Virus record (IMG/VR): IMGVR_UViG_3300036770_004723
Location: 1 to 64,000 of that record
Reading direction: 5' to 3' (one strand)
Length of the DNA: 64,000 nt
Shown: one piece after another, positions 56,328 to 64,000 of the stretch
How positions within the stretch are numbered: the first letter of the stretch is position 1
Layout: each line of letters starts with the position of its first letter
Translations under genes and position numbers: made by a program
The notes under the pieces: model-generated
The model's database searches: none
What the model was told of the DNA's origin: nothing
Seen by the model: the letters and a program-made list of their open reading frames with translations, nothing else

Positions 56328-56646
56328 ATTGCCCTGGTATAAAAAATATTTTAATATACTGGTCTTTGTTTTGCTGGCTATTGCTGCTGGGATAGGTGCG
56401 GCGTTCGCTAATAGACGTGTGTTACCTCAAGAAAAACAGGACGCATTAGATAAGAGTCTGATTGATGAAAAGATTGATATATCTAACCAAATGGATGCGG
56501 ATTTGGATGCTAAAATTATAAAGGCTTTAGATACTTCAGCTAAAGCAAGTGAAACTATAGAAGAAATTAAACTAGCGGATAGTTTAAAAACAGATGACGA
56601 AAAAATCGAAGACCTTAATGATTTTATGGCAGACAGAAGAAGATGA
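56305..56646 (+). CDS. Candidate i-spanin (Rz-like)
   Basis: ATG at 56305 after GGAGG; basic N-terminus, one TM, acidic helical periplasmic tail. Confidence 0.5.
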   Translation: MTEEAQTKLPWYKKYFNILVFVLLAIAAGIGAAFANRRVLPQEKQDALDKSLIDEKIDISNQMDADLDAKIIKALDTSAKASETIEEIKLADSLKTDDEKIEDLNDFMADRRR

Positions 56647-57143
56647 CAGAACAATTTAAAGTAAGTACATCCAAAGTAAATACAGGATTTTGCCCACCTC
56701 CAATATTTTTAAATAAATTGCGGTTAGAATCTCTTGAAGGTGGATACAAATTTATACTGATCAATGATTTCACTATGGAATTTTCTTGGGACCTAGAAAA
56801 AAATATTGTGGTGCGAAAAGGAGATATTCAGGTAAGGAAGTACGTCACTGTTTCACTTACTGCTTGCTCTGGATTTGAAACGGATCTAATAAGCAGTCCT
56901 CGATTTTTATGGTCGCTGTTTCCTCCAGCAGGATCAGGTTTAATGTCTAGTGTAATACACGATTTACTTTATCGTAATGACGTACCTTCACCAGACGGCA
57001 AATATTTCGATCAAAAGGCAGCCGACAAGATCTTCAGAGCAGGTTTAGATATAGAGGAAAATGTTAGTGTCTGTAAGAAAGTTGCAATGTATACAGCTCT
57101 TAAATTGGCGGGGATTAGAGCATGGAAAGAAAATCGAAAATAA
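56643..57143 (+). CDS. DUF1353-family protein
   Basis: GFETDLISSPRFLWSLFPP...VIHDLLY...AADKIF...MYTALKLAG signature. Confidence 0.85.
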   Translation: MTEQFKVSTSKVNTGFCPPPIFLNKLRLESLEGGYKFILINDFTMEFSWDLEKNIVVRKGDIQVRKYVTVSLTACSGFETDLISSPRFLWSLFPPAGSGLMSSVIHDLLYRNDVPSPDGKYFDQKAADKIFRAGLDIEENVSVCKKVAMYTALKLAGIRAWKENRK

Positions 57144-57595
57144 TATTACTTTCTTTGTTTCTTTTAGGGTGTTCGGGCACACCTACAGAAAGAAAAGAAG
57201 TGATACTGAAAGAAATAAAAGAGTTTGAGTACACAGAAATAAAAAGTGTTGAAGTACCTAAGCCTTTTGTTAATGATGTTAAAAAATTCATTGACAGCAA
57301 CGGGCAATCATGGGCACTGGTACATGTAGATGATTTGTACTTGATTAAGCAGGCTTATGTAAGTGCAGAACAAAATGCTGAACTTGTAAAACAGCTTAAT
57401 CAAATTAACTATCTTACGGCACAAAGGGCTAATCTTATCAGGGAGTTAGTTGTCTTAGAGGCATATAGAGCGGAAAAGATGAAGATTAGTCTGGAAGACG
57501 AAAGAGCAGATTTTAGAGAACAGCAAATAAGAGCTAACATAGAAAACTTAACCTTAAAGATCATTACCATAATGTCATTAGGTTTAGCACTATAA
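57122..57595 (+). CDS. Lipoprotein, candidate o-spanin (Rz1-like)
   Basis: IILLSLFLLG-C lipobox followed by SGTP and a coiled-coil body. Confidence 0.55.
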   Translation: MERKSKIILLSLFLLGCSGTPTERKEVILKEIKEFEYTEIKSVEVPKPFVNDVKKFIDSNGQSWALVHVDDLYLIKQAYVSAEQNAELVKQLNQINYLTAQRANLIRELVVLEAYRAEKMKISLEDERADFREQQIRANIENLTLKIITIMSLGLAL

Positions 57596-57608
57596 TAAGT
57601 AATACGTA

Positions 57609-57635
57609 AAAATGGGAGGCAATGCCTCCCATTTT
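57609..57635. terminator. Bidirectional intrinsic terminator between convergent blocks
   Basis: AAAATGGGAGGC-AAT-GCCTCCCATTTT. Confidence 0.9.
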
Positions 57636-58517
57636 CTATTCGAAATCTTTGAATACCTCAGTATCCAATACAAATATCATACGCGCACCAACATTAGAAT
57701 CAAGTGATACATAAGGATAGGCACTCAAAATCAATGAGTTAAATTTAAAATTTGAACACTCACGAATATAATTACAAACGGATTCATTCAGAGCCAAAAC
57801 ATTACAAATTTTTTCAATGTAAGTTTTCTGCTCTCTGTATATTACAGCGGCTGCACCTTCATTAGTATCGTTCTCAATAGTATTTAAACTATAGTCCTGA
57901 TTGAAATTAGGTGTAGTAATAACGATTACTCTTTCTTGTTCTTCTAAGGTAACTAACTTAATGCTTTGGACTACTCTATAGTTTTCGGCTTCTTTTAACG
58001 ACTTGGATATGGCTAAATTTAAACAATGTACAAATTGAGAATGTTTGAGTGATCCTAGTTCTTTAGGTCTTAGTGAAAAACCGTAGAAGCATAGTGAATC
58101 TAAGTATTTATAAAGATCTGAATACTCTTGAGTTACATTAGTGAATCCTTCAACAGAAGCCAGCCTGAGATGATCAGGTTTGCTGTTATGTTTCTCTCTT
58201 ATCTTATCCCCTAAGTCAACAATTTTGTGTACTTCTTTTGTGATCTTACCTTCCAAGTCTACGGAAAAAGATTCAGCGGCTAACAGTAGAGTTATTAAAG
58301 AGCCTGACATTTCTTGATCTAATTCACCTACAGGTCTAGAATATACATAATCAACAAAAGATAAAACTTGTTCTTTTGTTAAATTCATAGCCTGCATGGT
58401 TTCAATAGATTCTTCTGCAAATCTAGAAGCTCTTTCTTTTTTGTCTAATGCGACATGTACTCCAAAGGTTTTAGTTGCCCAATATTTTAATCGTTTGGTG
58501 TAATTTTCTAGTGCCAT
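57636..58517 (-). CDS. MazG-like NTP pyrophosphohydrolase domain + unknown C-terminal domain
   Basis: W...TFG...ERASRFAEESIETMQA...VDYVYSRPVGELDQEMSG..ITL pattern. Confidence 0.65.
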   Translation of the reverse strand: MALENYTKRLKYWATKTFGVHVALDKKERASRFAEESIETMQAMNLTKEQVLSFVDYVYSRPVGELDQEMSGSLITLLLAAESFSVDLEGKITKEVHKIVDLGDKIREKHNSKPDHLRLASVEGFTNVTQEYSDLYKYLDSLCFYGFSLRPKELGSLKHSQFVHCLNLAISKSLKEAENYRVVQSIKLVTLEEQERVIVITTPNFNQDYSLNTIENDTNEGAAAVIYREQKTYIEKICNVLALNESVCNYIRECSNFKFNSLILSAYPYVSLDSNVGARMIFVLDTEVFKDFE

Positions 58518-58550
58518 TTATTTTTCCTTTAAAAACTTTAGATAGATGCT

Positions 58551-59000
58551 TTATATTTGATCCAAAACATCCTTTAAATACCTATCCTGAGTTAAGACTA
58601 CATGGTTACAGTTTTCTTGGTCGAAGCAGCCTTCAATAAATGATTCCCAATTTTTATCCATCATGTTGACAAAAGCTTGAGGCGATCCGCGATCTACGTA
58701 ACGCATCAAATATTCTTGCTTACACTCAACGTTTGGGTAAATTAAAGTAAATGGCAGACCTAACTGAACTAGACCTTGACGTACATCACTGTGTGAGGAA
58801 ACAAGAATAATATCAAAGTTTCCTTCTGTATAAAGTGCTGATATGTGTGCCAAATAGTTTTGAGGAAAATTACTTTTATCCCATTTACTGCTATCGCTGT
58901 CAGCAACATTTAGATCTGAATTGGCTTTTAACCAACTTTTACCTATACCAGGAAAACCTGATATGATGGTAGGTGATTTTGAACTTATACTAATTTTCAT
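58551..59000 (-). CDS. P-loop kinase-like phage protein (starts MKISISS)
   Basis: IISGFPGIGKS Walker A, DSDSSKWDK..FPQNY, LVSSH..VR pattern. Confidence 0.75.
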   Translation of the reverse strand: MKISISSKSPTIISGFPGIGKSWLKANSDLNVADSDSSKWDKSNFPQNYLAHISALYTEGNFDIILVSSHSDVRQGLVQLGLPFTLIYPNVECKQEYLMRYVDRGSPQAFVNMMDKNWESFIEGCFDQENCNHVVLTQDRYLKDVLDQI

Positions 59001-59482
59001 TGTTTTACCCCAAACATTACATGTGAATTTGTTACCACAACAGTATTAATACCTAAAGCAAGTAAAGTCGATGCCGTCACTTTTGATCTGTACTCTTTAG
59101 CATAAGGATCAGTGTAATAGCATAATTCAATGCAAGAAGCCTCTACTAAATTTGCTCTACCTATATCATCATTGTCGTCAAGTGAGAATACTTTGACTGT
59201 ATCTACATCACCTTTTAATTTAGGATACGGCCAAATACCTTTACCATTTAAATCAAAAGAAACAGCTTTATTGATTCCAAATTTCTTTTCGAAAGCTGAT
59301 TCACCTGACTGTGGGTAGGTTTGAACTGAAACGGGGCAAGTTAGAAATACATTGTATGTATTTCTATCATTATTAAACATTTCCACTAAATTTTGTAAGG
59401 GAACACAATTATTTAGGTATTCCATTAATTTGCCATAGTTTGATATCAAGCCGTAGGTTGGGTCTGGAGTTAATTTTGCCAT
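58997..59482 (-). CDS. Hypothetical protein
   Basis: 161 aa ORF, AAGG RBS. Confidence 0.7.
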   Translation of the reverse strand: MAKLTPDPTYGLISNYGKLMEYLNNCVPLQNLVEMFNNDRNTYNVFLTCPVSVQTYPQSGESAFEKKFGINKAVSFDLNGKGIWPYPKLKGDVDTVKVFSLDDNDDIGRANLVEASCIELCYYTDPYAKEYRSKVTASTLLALGINTVVVTNSHVMFGVKQ

Positions 59483-59561
59483 CTAAAGTTGCCTTACTCT
59501 GTTTATTTTGTTCTTGCCAAAAGGCATTTAGAATACTACTAAGGAGTTTGAAATTTAAACA

Positions 59562-59789
59562 TTATGGACGTCCTGATCTTTTATTTAGTTTTGCCTTTAA
59601 CCTGTCCAATTGCTTTGATTTAATTTTCGAAGGAACAGTACGAAACTTCAAACTCATTTCACTTAATATATCTGATTTAACTGCTTGTCCTATAATCTTG
59701 ACGGTAACTTCGTTAGAAAATGCACCGTTACTTTCATCCAATGTTAAAGAGTCTTGCTGTGCATTTCCTTGACCTACTAAATTTTTCAT
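59562..59789 (-). CDS. Hypothetical small protein
   Basis: 75 aa ORF filling a gap, basic C-terminus. Confidence 0.5.
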   Translation of the reverse strand: MKNLVGQGNAQQDSLTLDESNGAFSNEVTVKIIGQAVKSDILSEMSLKFRTVPSKIKSKQLDRLKAKLNKRSGRP

Positions 59790-59811
59790 ACTAAGTTACC
59801 GTCCTCTTAAA

Positions 59812-60612
59812 TTAAATGGTAAAGGCAGACCTACGGTTCTTGCGTCCTGTTCTAATCTCTTCTGTTGCTGAACAATGAACCCAACCACTAAATGCACCTG
59901 TACTTGGATTATGAAATTCCAAAATTAACTGGTCATATTGAATACCGCTAGAGTTTTTAATCCAATCCCATAGTGCTTTATTACCTAAAGAACCTTTGAT
60001 TTCAAAATCAACTGCTTCGCCTCGTGGATGTTGCTTACTGCTGTAGTAGTTATTCCACAAGTGCAGTAAAATAGCATACGAATCCATTTTGGAATTAGTT
60101 GCGTTTTTAATTAAATCACGTAAGAACATAGTAGCGTGTACAAAAGTAATTAATGTATCAGCAGTAGGTTCGCTATTACTACTACGCTTGTAAGTTTTTT
60201 GAATGTACTTAGAAAATCCATCACGATAAGTCGCTGCGTACTCTACTTCAGGTCCGCGATACCAGCTATTAGGCGTAAAACTCCCAAATTTAGATCTACA
60301 TACTTCCAAAACATTTGCAGCTGTGTACCTAGCGTTTTCAATTATATCAATACGATTGGCTGGAACTCTATTCTCAAGGCCGTATTTTTTAGCGTTATCG
60401 CTGGCAATCAATTCTTTATACGTGAAGTTATCACTTAATTCTTCATTCATATTTATATCAAGATACCCATCCTTATCAAGATCTTTATATCGATCACTGA
60501 GTTGGTCTCGAATTTGTTCTATAGTAAAGAGTTTTTGGTTAACAATTGCTTTTTTAGGTGCCAAATTTTCTTTGGCTAACAAAGTATAAGGATTTGATTC
60601 TGTGATATACAT
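59812..60612 (-). CDS. Peptidase M15A (Zn peptidase), probable endolysin
   Basis: LSDNFTYKELIAS, NSWYR, SKQHPRGEAVD, YDQLILEF and GWVHCS motifs. Confidence 0.85.
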   Translation of the reverse strand: MYITESNPYTLLAKENLAPKKAIVNQKLFTIEQIRDQLSDRYKDLDKDGYLDINMNEELSDNFTYKELIASDNAKKYGLENRVPANRIDIIENARYTAANVLEVCRSKFGSFTPNSWYRGPEVEYAATYRDGFSKYIQKTYKRSSNSEPTADTLITFVHATMFLRDLIKNATNSKMDSYAILLHLWNNYYSSKQHPRGEAVDFEIKGSLGNKALWDWIKNSSGIQYDQLILEFHNPSTGAFSGWVHCSATEEIRTGRKNRRSAFTI

Positions 60613-60624
60613 GACGAATACCTT

Positions 60625-61221
60625 TTATTTAGTTACGTAATTACGAAAACGTGTTTTTCTTGCAGGTTCTTCATTAAATGTTTTTCTAATTTTTTCAACA
60701 AAATCATTAAATTTGTCGGTATTTTTCTTATTACAGTACAGTCGATGAATGGATCCTACTTTATTAGATAGGTCTGGATTGCCCATTATACCTGCAAGAT
60801 AATGATTAAGGCAAACGTATTGTAAATGACTATCCAGCTCAAGATATAGATTATACGGCATTTGTACTCTATTACATACTTCAATACAGTCAAAGGGATA
60901 TCCTTTATAGTAAAGAACTTGACGTCCAATAGACTCTAAGTACTTAGCCATGTCGGAACCGTAAACATCATAATGTAGTGCAGTGTAGTATTCACTTACT
61001 TCAAAAGTATTTGCCAGACATTTTATACTCATTAACTTAATGCCGTATTTAATACAGACGATATCAAGAATATCATTAAGTTTTTTTACAAGTACCGAAT
61101 GTCCTTCAATAAAACTAGTTAAATTCAAAAGAGCTTGTTCTTTATTTTTACCTGTGATCAAAGATTTTGAGTAAAAGTTCATCAAAGAATTTAATTCAGC
61201 TTTAAATTTGTCTTCACGCAT
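60625..61221 (-). CDS. Hypothetical protein
   Basis: 198 aa ORF, AAGGT RBS. Confidence 0.7.
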   Translation of the reverse strand: MREDKFKAELNSLMNFYSKSLITGKNKEQALLNLTSFIEGHSVLVKKLNDILDIVCIKYGIKLMSIKCLANTFEVSEYYTALHYDVYGSDMAKYLESIGRQVLYYKGYPFDCIEVCNRVQMPYNLYLELDSHLQYVCLNHYLAGIMGNPDLSNKVGSIHRLYCNKKNTDKFNDFVEKIRKTFNEEPARKTRFRNYVTK

Positions 61222-61999
61222 TTAATATACCTTGTTCTTGCAGAAAATCAAGATACGGGATATTACTGGCATCTGATTTTAAATTAATTATAAGGCTAGT
61301 AAATTCTTTATTTATTTTAATGGATTCAGCTTGAGGATAACCGAAGTACTTTGGCTCTAGATAATTAGTCATGTCTATTTTATACTTACGTCGTAGTGTA
61401 AGAGTTAACTCTACAACCCAATTACATAATTCCCACTCACGTATTGAGTCACGTTTAGCCGAGGACCAAAGTGAATCAAGACTATATTTGATCTCTAGTA
61501 CAATTTGAACACTGGTCAATATTTCTTTATTTTCAGAGAAAAGTTTAGGTAAATCACTTATGTTTTTGAGCATATTCAAATCAATATATCTGTTTAATCT
61601 TGTGCAAATAGGGAAAGCATCAGAGGTGTTGTTTTCAAAACATGTGGAATACTTAACATAAGGTACTTTATTTATTTTGAAAACCGTTAAAAACACAGAA
61701 TCGAATTTATTATTTTCTACAAATGAAAAATTACCTATCAATTTTTCCATAGCAATGTCTACAGGTATAAGGTTCAAATAGATAGGAATGTCATAAAGAG
61801 AGCCAATAGCAGAGTCACAACTTTTTTTATCGGCACTGGGTAGATAGCAAGATTGTACTTTGCCTCTATTTACGTAAAATACTTTAAATTTGTTTTTCTC
61901 AAGAATCTCTTTATTAGCAGGATCCTCAAGAATTGTAAGATCTTGATTTGCTAAAGACACGTAGCATTGTGCAACTTTTGGATCAATGCTGGTTTTCAT
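61214..61999 (-). CDS. Hypothetical protein
   Basis: 261 aa ORF. Confidence 0.7.
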   Translation of the reverse strand: MKTSIDPKVAQCYVSLANQDLTILEDPANKEILEKNKFKVFYVNRGKVQSCYLPSADKKSCDSAIGSLYDIPIYLNLIPVDIAMEKLIGNFSFVENNKFDSVFLTVFKINKVPYVKYSTCFENNTSDAFPICTRLNRYIDLNMLKNISDLPKLFSENKEILTSVQIVLEIKYSLDSLWSSAKRDSIREWELCNWVVELTLTLRRKYKIDMTNYLEPKYFGYPQAESIKINKEFTSLIINLKSDASNIPYLDFLQEQGILNA

Positions 62000-62010
62000 A
62001 GTTTGGCCTT

Positions 62011-62646
62011 TTATTGAGAACAGTCTTTTAAATATCTAGGTATGAGAATATGATTACTTTGTGAAATTTCTTTAAAGAAGCTGTGTTCTTTATTTAAATA
62101 CTGTGGAATAAAAACAGTTAGTTCGTGGTCAGCCATGTCCAAACATCTAAGTAAAACACTTTGAATATCAAGCCAAGGCGTAGAATAACTGCTTTCTGCA
62201 CCAAAATAAGTTAGACCAAATTTAAAAGAATTTCCATGTATTTTTTCCAAATCTTTTATCAGATCTTTAAATCCACACTCAAATTTATCTAGATCAACAT
62301 GTGTTTTCTTATTGTAAGGCAAACGTTTACCAAAAGATGTTTGTACATATAAATGGCTAACGTTCAGTATATGTTCTGAAATACTATTAGATGCCCCAAC
62401 AATACTCCGTGTAAAATAATTAGTTTTTAATTCGGTACTTACATAAGTACCGAGTCTATTCGCGTCGGAAACTTTTGGTACTGAAGCCAAGACATTTATA
62501 AAGTTTTCTTGTATTACTTTTACTGCACCACGGGCAACTTGTGCAGTATTATGAGGAAGAACTAGTGCGGTATGTTTATTCAGAGTTTGATATACAATTA
62601 AATCTAGAACGTTATAGGTACTAGCATAAACTATTTTAGACATCAA
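62011..62646 (-). CDS. Macro-domain-like protein (degenerate motifs)
   Basis: RLGT...NVSHLYVQTSFG...VDLDKFECGF...FGAE...W.DIQ..L...LTVF follows the phage macro layout; Gly-rich loops altered. Confidence 0.5.
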   Translation of the reverse strand: MMSKIVYASTYNVLDLIVYQTLNKHTALVLPHNTAQVARGAVKVIQENFINVLASVPKVSDANRLGTYVSTELKTNYFTRSIVGASNSISEHILNVSHLYVQTSFGKRLPYNKKTHVDLDKFECGFKDLIKDLEKIHGNSFKFGLTYFGAESSYSTPWLDIQSVLLRCLDMADHELTVFIPQYLNKEHSFFKEISQSNHILIPRYLKDCSQ

Positions 62647-62656
62647 TGTTAACCTA

Positions 62657-63619
62657 TTAAATAGTTAATGTTGGCTTGAACTCAAAAGATTTTTCTAGTT
62701 TTCTTACTTTCTTTTCTACTTCTTTTAGGTCAGGCACGAGGTAAGAACTTATTTTTTTATCAACTTTTAAATCTGTTTTAATGGTTACAAGTTCTCTACA
62801 CATAAGGGCAAGAGACTGATAGAAAGGATCTGATAACTTTTTACCTAAAGCGCCTTTATGTTGAGCAGACAAGATTTCTTCAAGTGTATCGTATTCTTGA
62901 ATTAGTTTAATTGCTGTTTTTTCACCTAACCCCGGTATACCTGGAATGTTATCAGACGCATCGCCACAAAGAGCCAGAAAATCAACAAAAGTAGAAGGCA
63001 ATACACCATATTTCATCAAACAGTCTTGATAAGTAACCGTTAATTCTTCACAGTTAGCTTGTTTAGGTAAACGTAGTCTTGTATCAGGTTTTAATAATTG
63101 GGCAAAATCTCCATCACGACTATGTATAAGTTTTCTACATTTCAGTTGAAAGCATAAACTACCTATAACATCATCAGCTTCACCTAAAGGACTTCTAATA
63201 GTTTGAATGCCACGAGCTTTTAAGATTTCAATGGCCATATCAATTTGAGGTCTCAGGATTGAAGATTTTTCGTCGTTCTCTCTATTTCCTTTATAGCCTG
63301 TTAAGAACTTTTCGGCCAATTTATTTGCATTTTCACCAACAGCATAACTTAAAAATGTTTGCATTAAAAGCTTACGGTAGTCGCTTCCTTTTTTATGGTC
63401 AAAGACAACTACAAGATTAATACTATCGTTTGTACGTAATCTTCTTTCCATCAAATGATTTATCATTGCAAGGAAAGTCTTTAAAGCCCCTGTAGGTACT
63501 CCTTTGCTTGTATGCAACTTTTGAGATTCTGCATTAGCATAAAACGCACGATTCATAAAGTTGTGGCCGTCAACTATATCCAAAACTTTTGACGCTTTTC
63601 CTGATTTAGTTTTTTTCAT
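62657..63619 (-). CDS. 5'-3' exonuclease / flap endonuclease (PolI N-terminal-like)
   Basis: VDGHNFMNRAFY, VVFD, YKGNR, EADDVIGSL, SRDGDFAQL and GDASDNIPGIPGLGEKTA motifs. Confidence 0.95.
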   Translation of the reverse strand: MKKTKSGKASKVLDIVDGHNFMNRAFYANAESQKLHTSKGVPTGALKTFLAMINHLMERRLRTNDSINLVVVFDHKKGSDYRKLLMQTFLSYAVGENANKLAEKFLTGYKGNRENDEKSSILRPQIDMAIEILKARGIQTIRSPLGEADDVIGSLCFQLKCRKLIHSRDGDFAQLLKPDTRLRLPKQANCEELTVTYQDCLMKYGVLPSTFVDFLALCGDASDNIPGIPGLGEKTAIKLIQEYDTLEEILSAQHKGALGKKLSDPFYQSLALMCRELVTIKTDLKVDKKISSYLVPDLKEVEKKVRKLEKSFEFKPTLTI

Positions 63620-63649
63620 CGCATCTTTTCCGCTTATATGTTTATACTA

Positions 63650-63660
63650 AGTATTTACAG
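63650..63660 (-). promoter_or_regulatory. Candidate phage promoter motif CTGTAAATACT, copy 3
   Basis: Intergenic, ~31 nt upstream of the exonuclease ATG. Confidence 0.5.
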
Positions 63661-63662
63661 TA

Positions 63663-63974
63663 TTAATGCTGCCAACTATTATTATTTTTAATTATTTCTT
63701 GATTTGGATGTTTTTCCAGATACTCACGTAGATTGCCATATAGCTTTCGTGTGTTCAATTTTCTGTCGGACATATAACAATAACAGGTTAGCTTATCATC
63801 AGAATCTAACATAGGTAAACACTGTTTTACTTTTTCCATGAAGTTAAACATAAAATTGTGTGCATCATTTACATCAGATGTTTCGCAGAGAATAACTGTT
63901 TTAACCCCACTTAAAGTATTTTTAGCAAAATGCGGTACGGTAAGAACGCTAGAATGTACAAGTTGAATTTCCAT
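63663..63974 (-). CDS. Hypothetical protein
   Basis: 103 aa ORF, AAGGA RBS. Confidence 0.65.
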   Translation of the reverse strand: MEIQLVHSSVLTVPHFAKNTLSGVKTVILCETSDVNDAHNFMFNFMEKVKQCLPMLDSDDKLTCYCYMSDRKLNTRKLYGNLREYLEKHPNQEIIKNNNSWQH

Positions 63975-64000
63975 AGCATAATCCTTGAGTTGTGTTTGGT

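Noticed and set aside
1-64000. CRISPR array, tRNA or rRNA genes
   Set aside because: Intergenic gaps are nearly all under 180 bp; no regularly spaced repeats or cloverleaf patterns were seen by eye (tRNAscan-SE would confirm)

Overview
AT-rich, densely coding fragment that looks like a large (jumbo-type) contractile-tailed phage, probably of a Gram-negative host (spanin-like genes, a secreted periplasmic protein). It has three blocks. (1) 1-15036, minus strand: many hypothetical genes, a DNA methyltransferase broken by one in-frame TAA, thymidylate synthase, five proteins sharing an MK(I/V)xISx(S/N) N-terminus, and RNase H. (2) 15092-57595, plus strand, virion and lysis module: PAAR/gp5.4-like spike tip, gp25-like and other baseplate proteins, four collagen-like fibres, two fibre proteins ending in Gly-linker + Hint (intein-like) domains, a four-gene periplasmic-binding/membrane cassette, a ~13 kb array of 15 genes (13 paralogues on one scaffold, many with inserted discoidin-like domains), then holin/spanin candidates. 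(3) 57636-64000, minus strand: MazG-like protein, P-loop kinase, M15 peptidase (probable endolysin), macro-like protein, 5'-3' exonuclease. No tRNA, rRNA, CRISPR array or integrase was recognised. All family calls come from motif recognition by eye; no database search was run.
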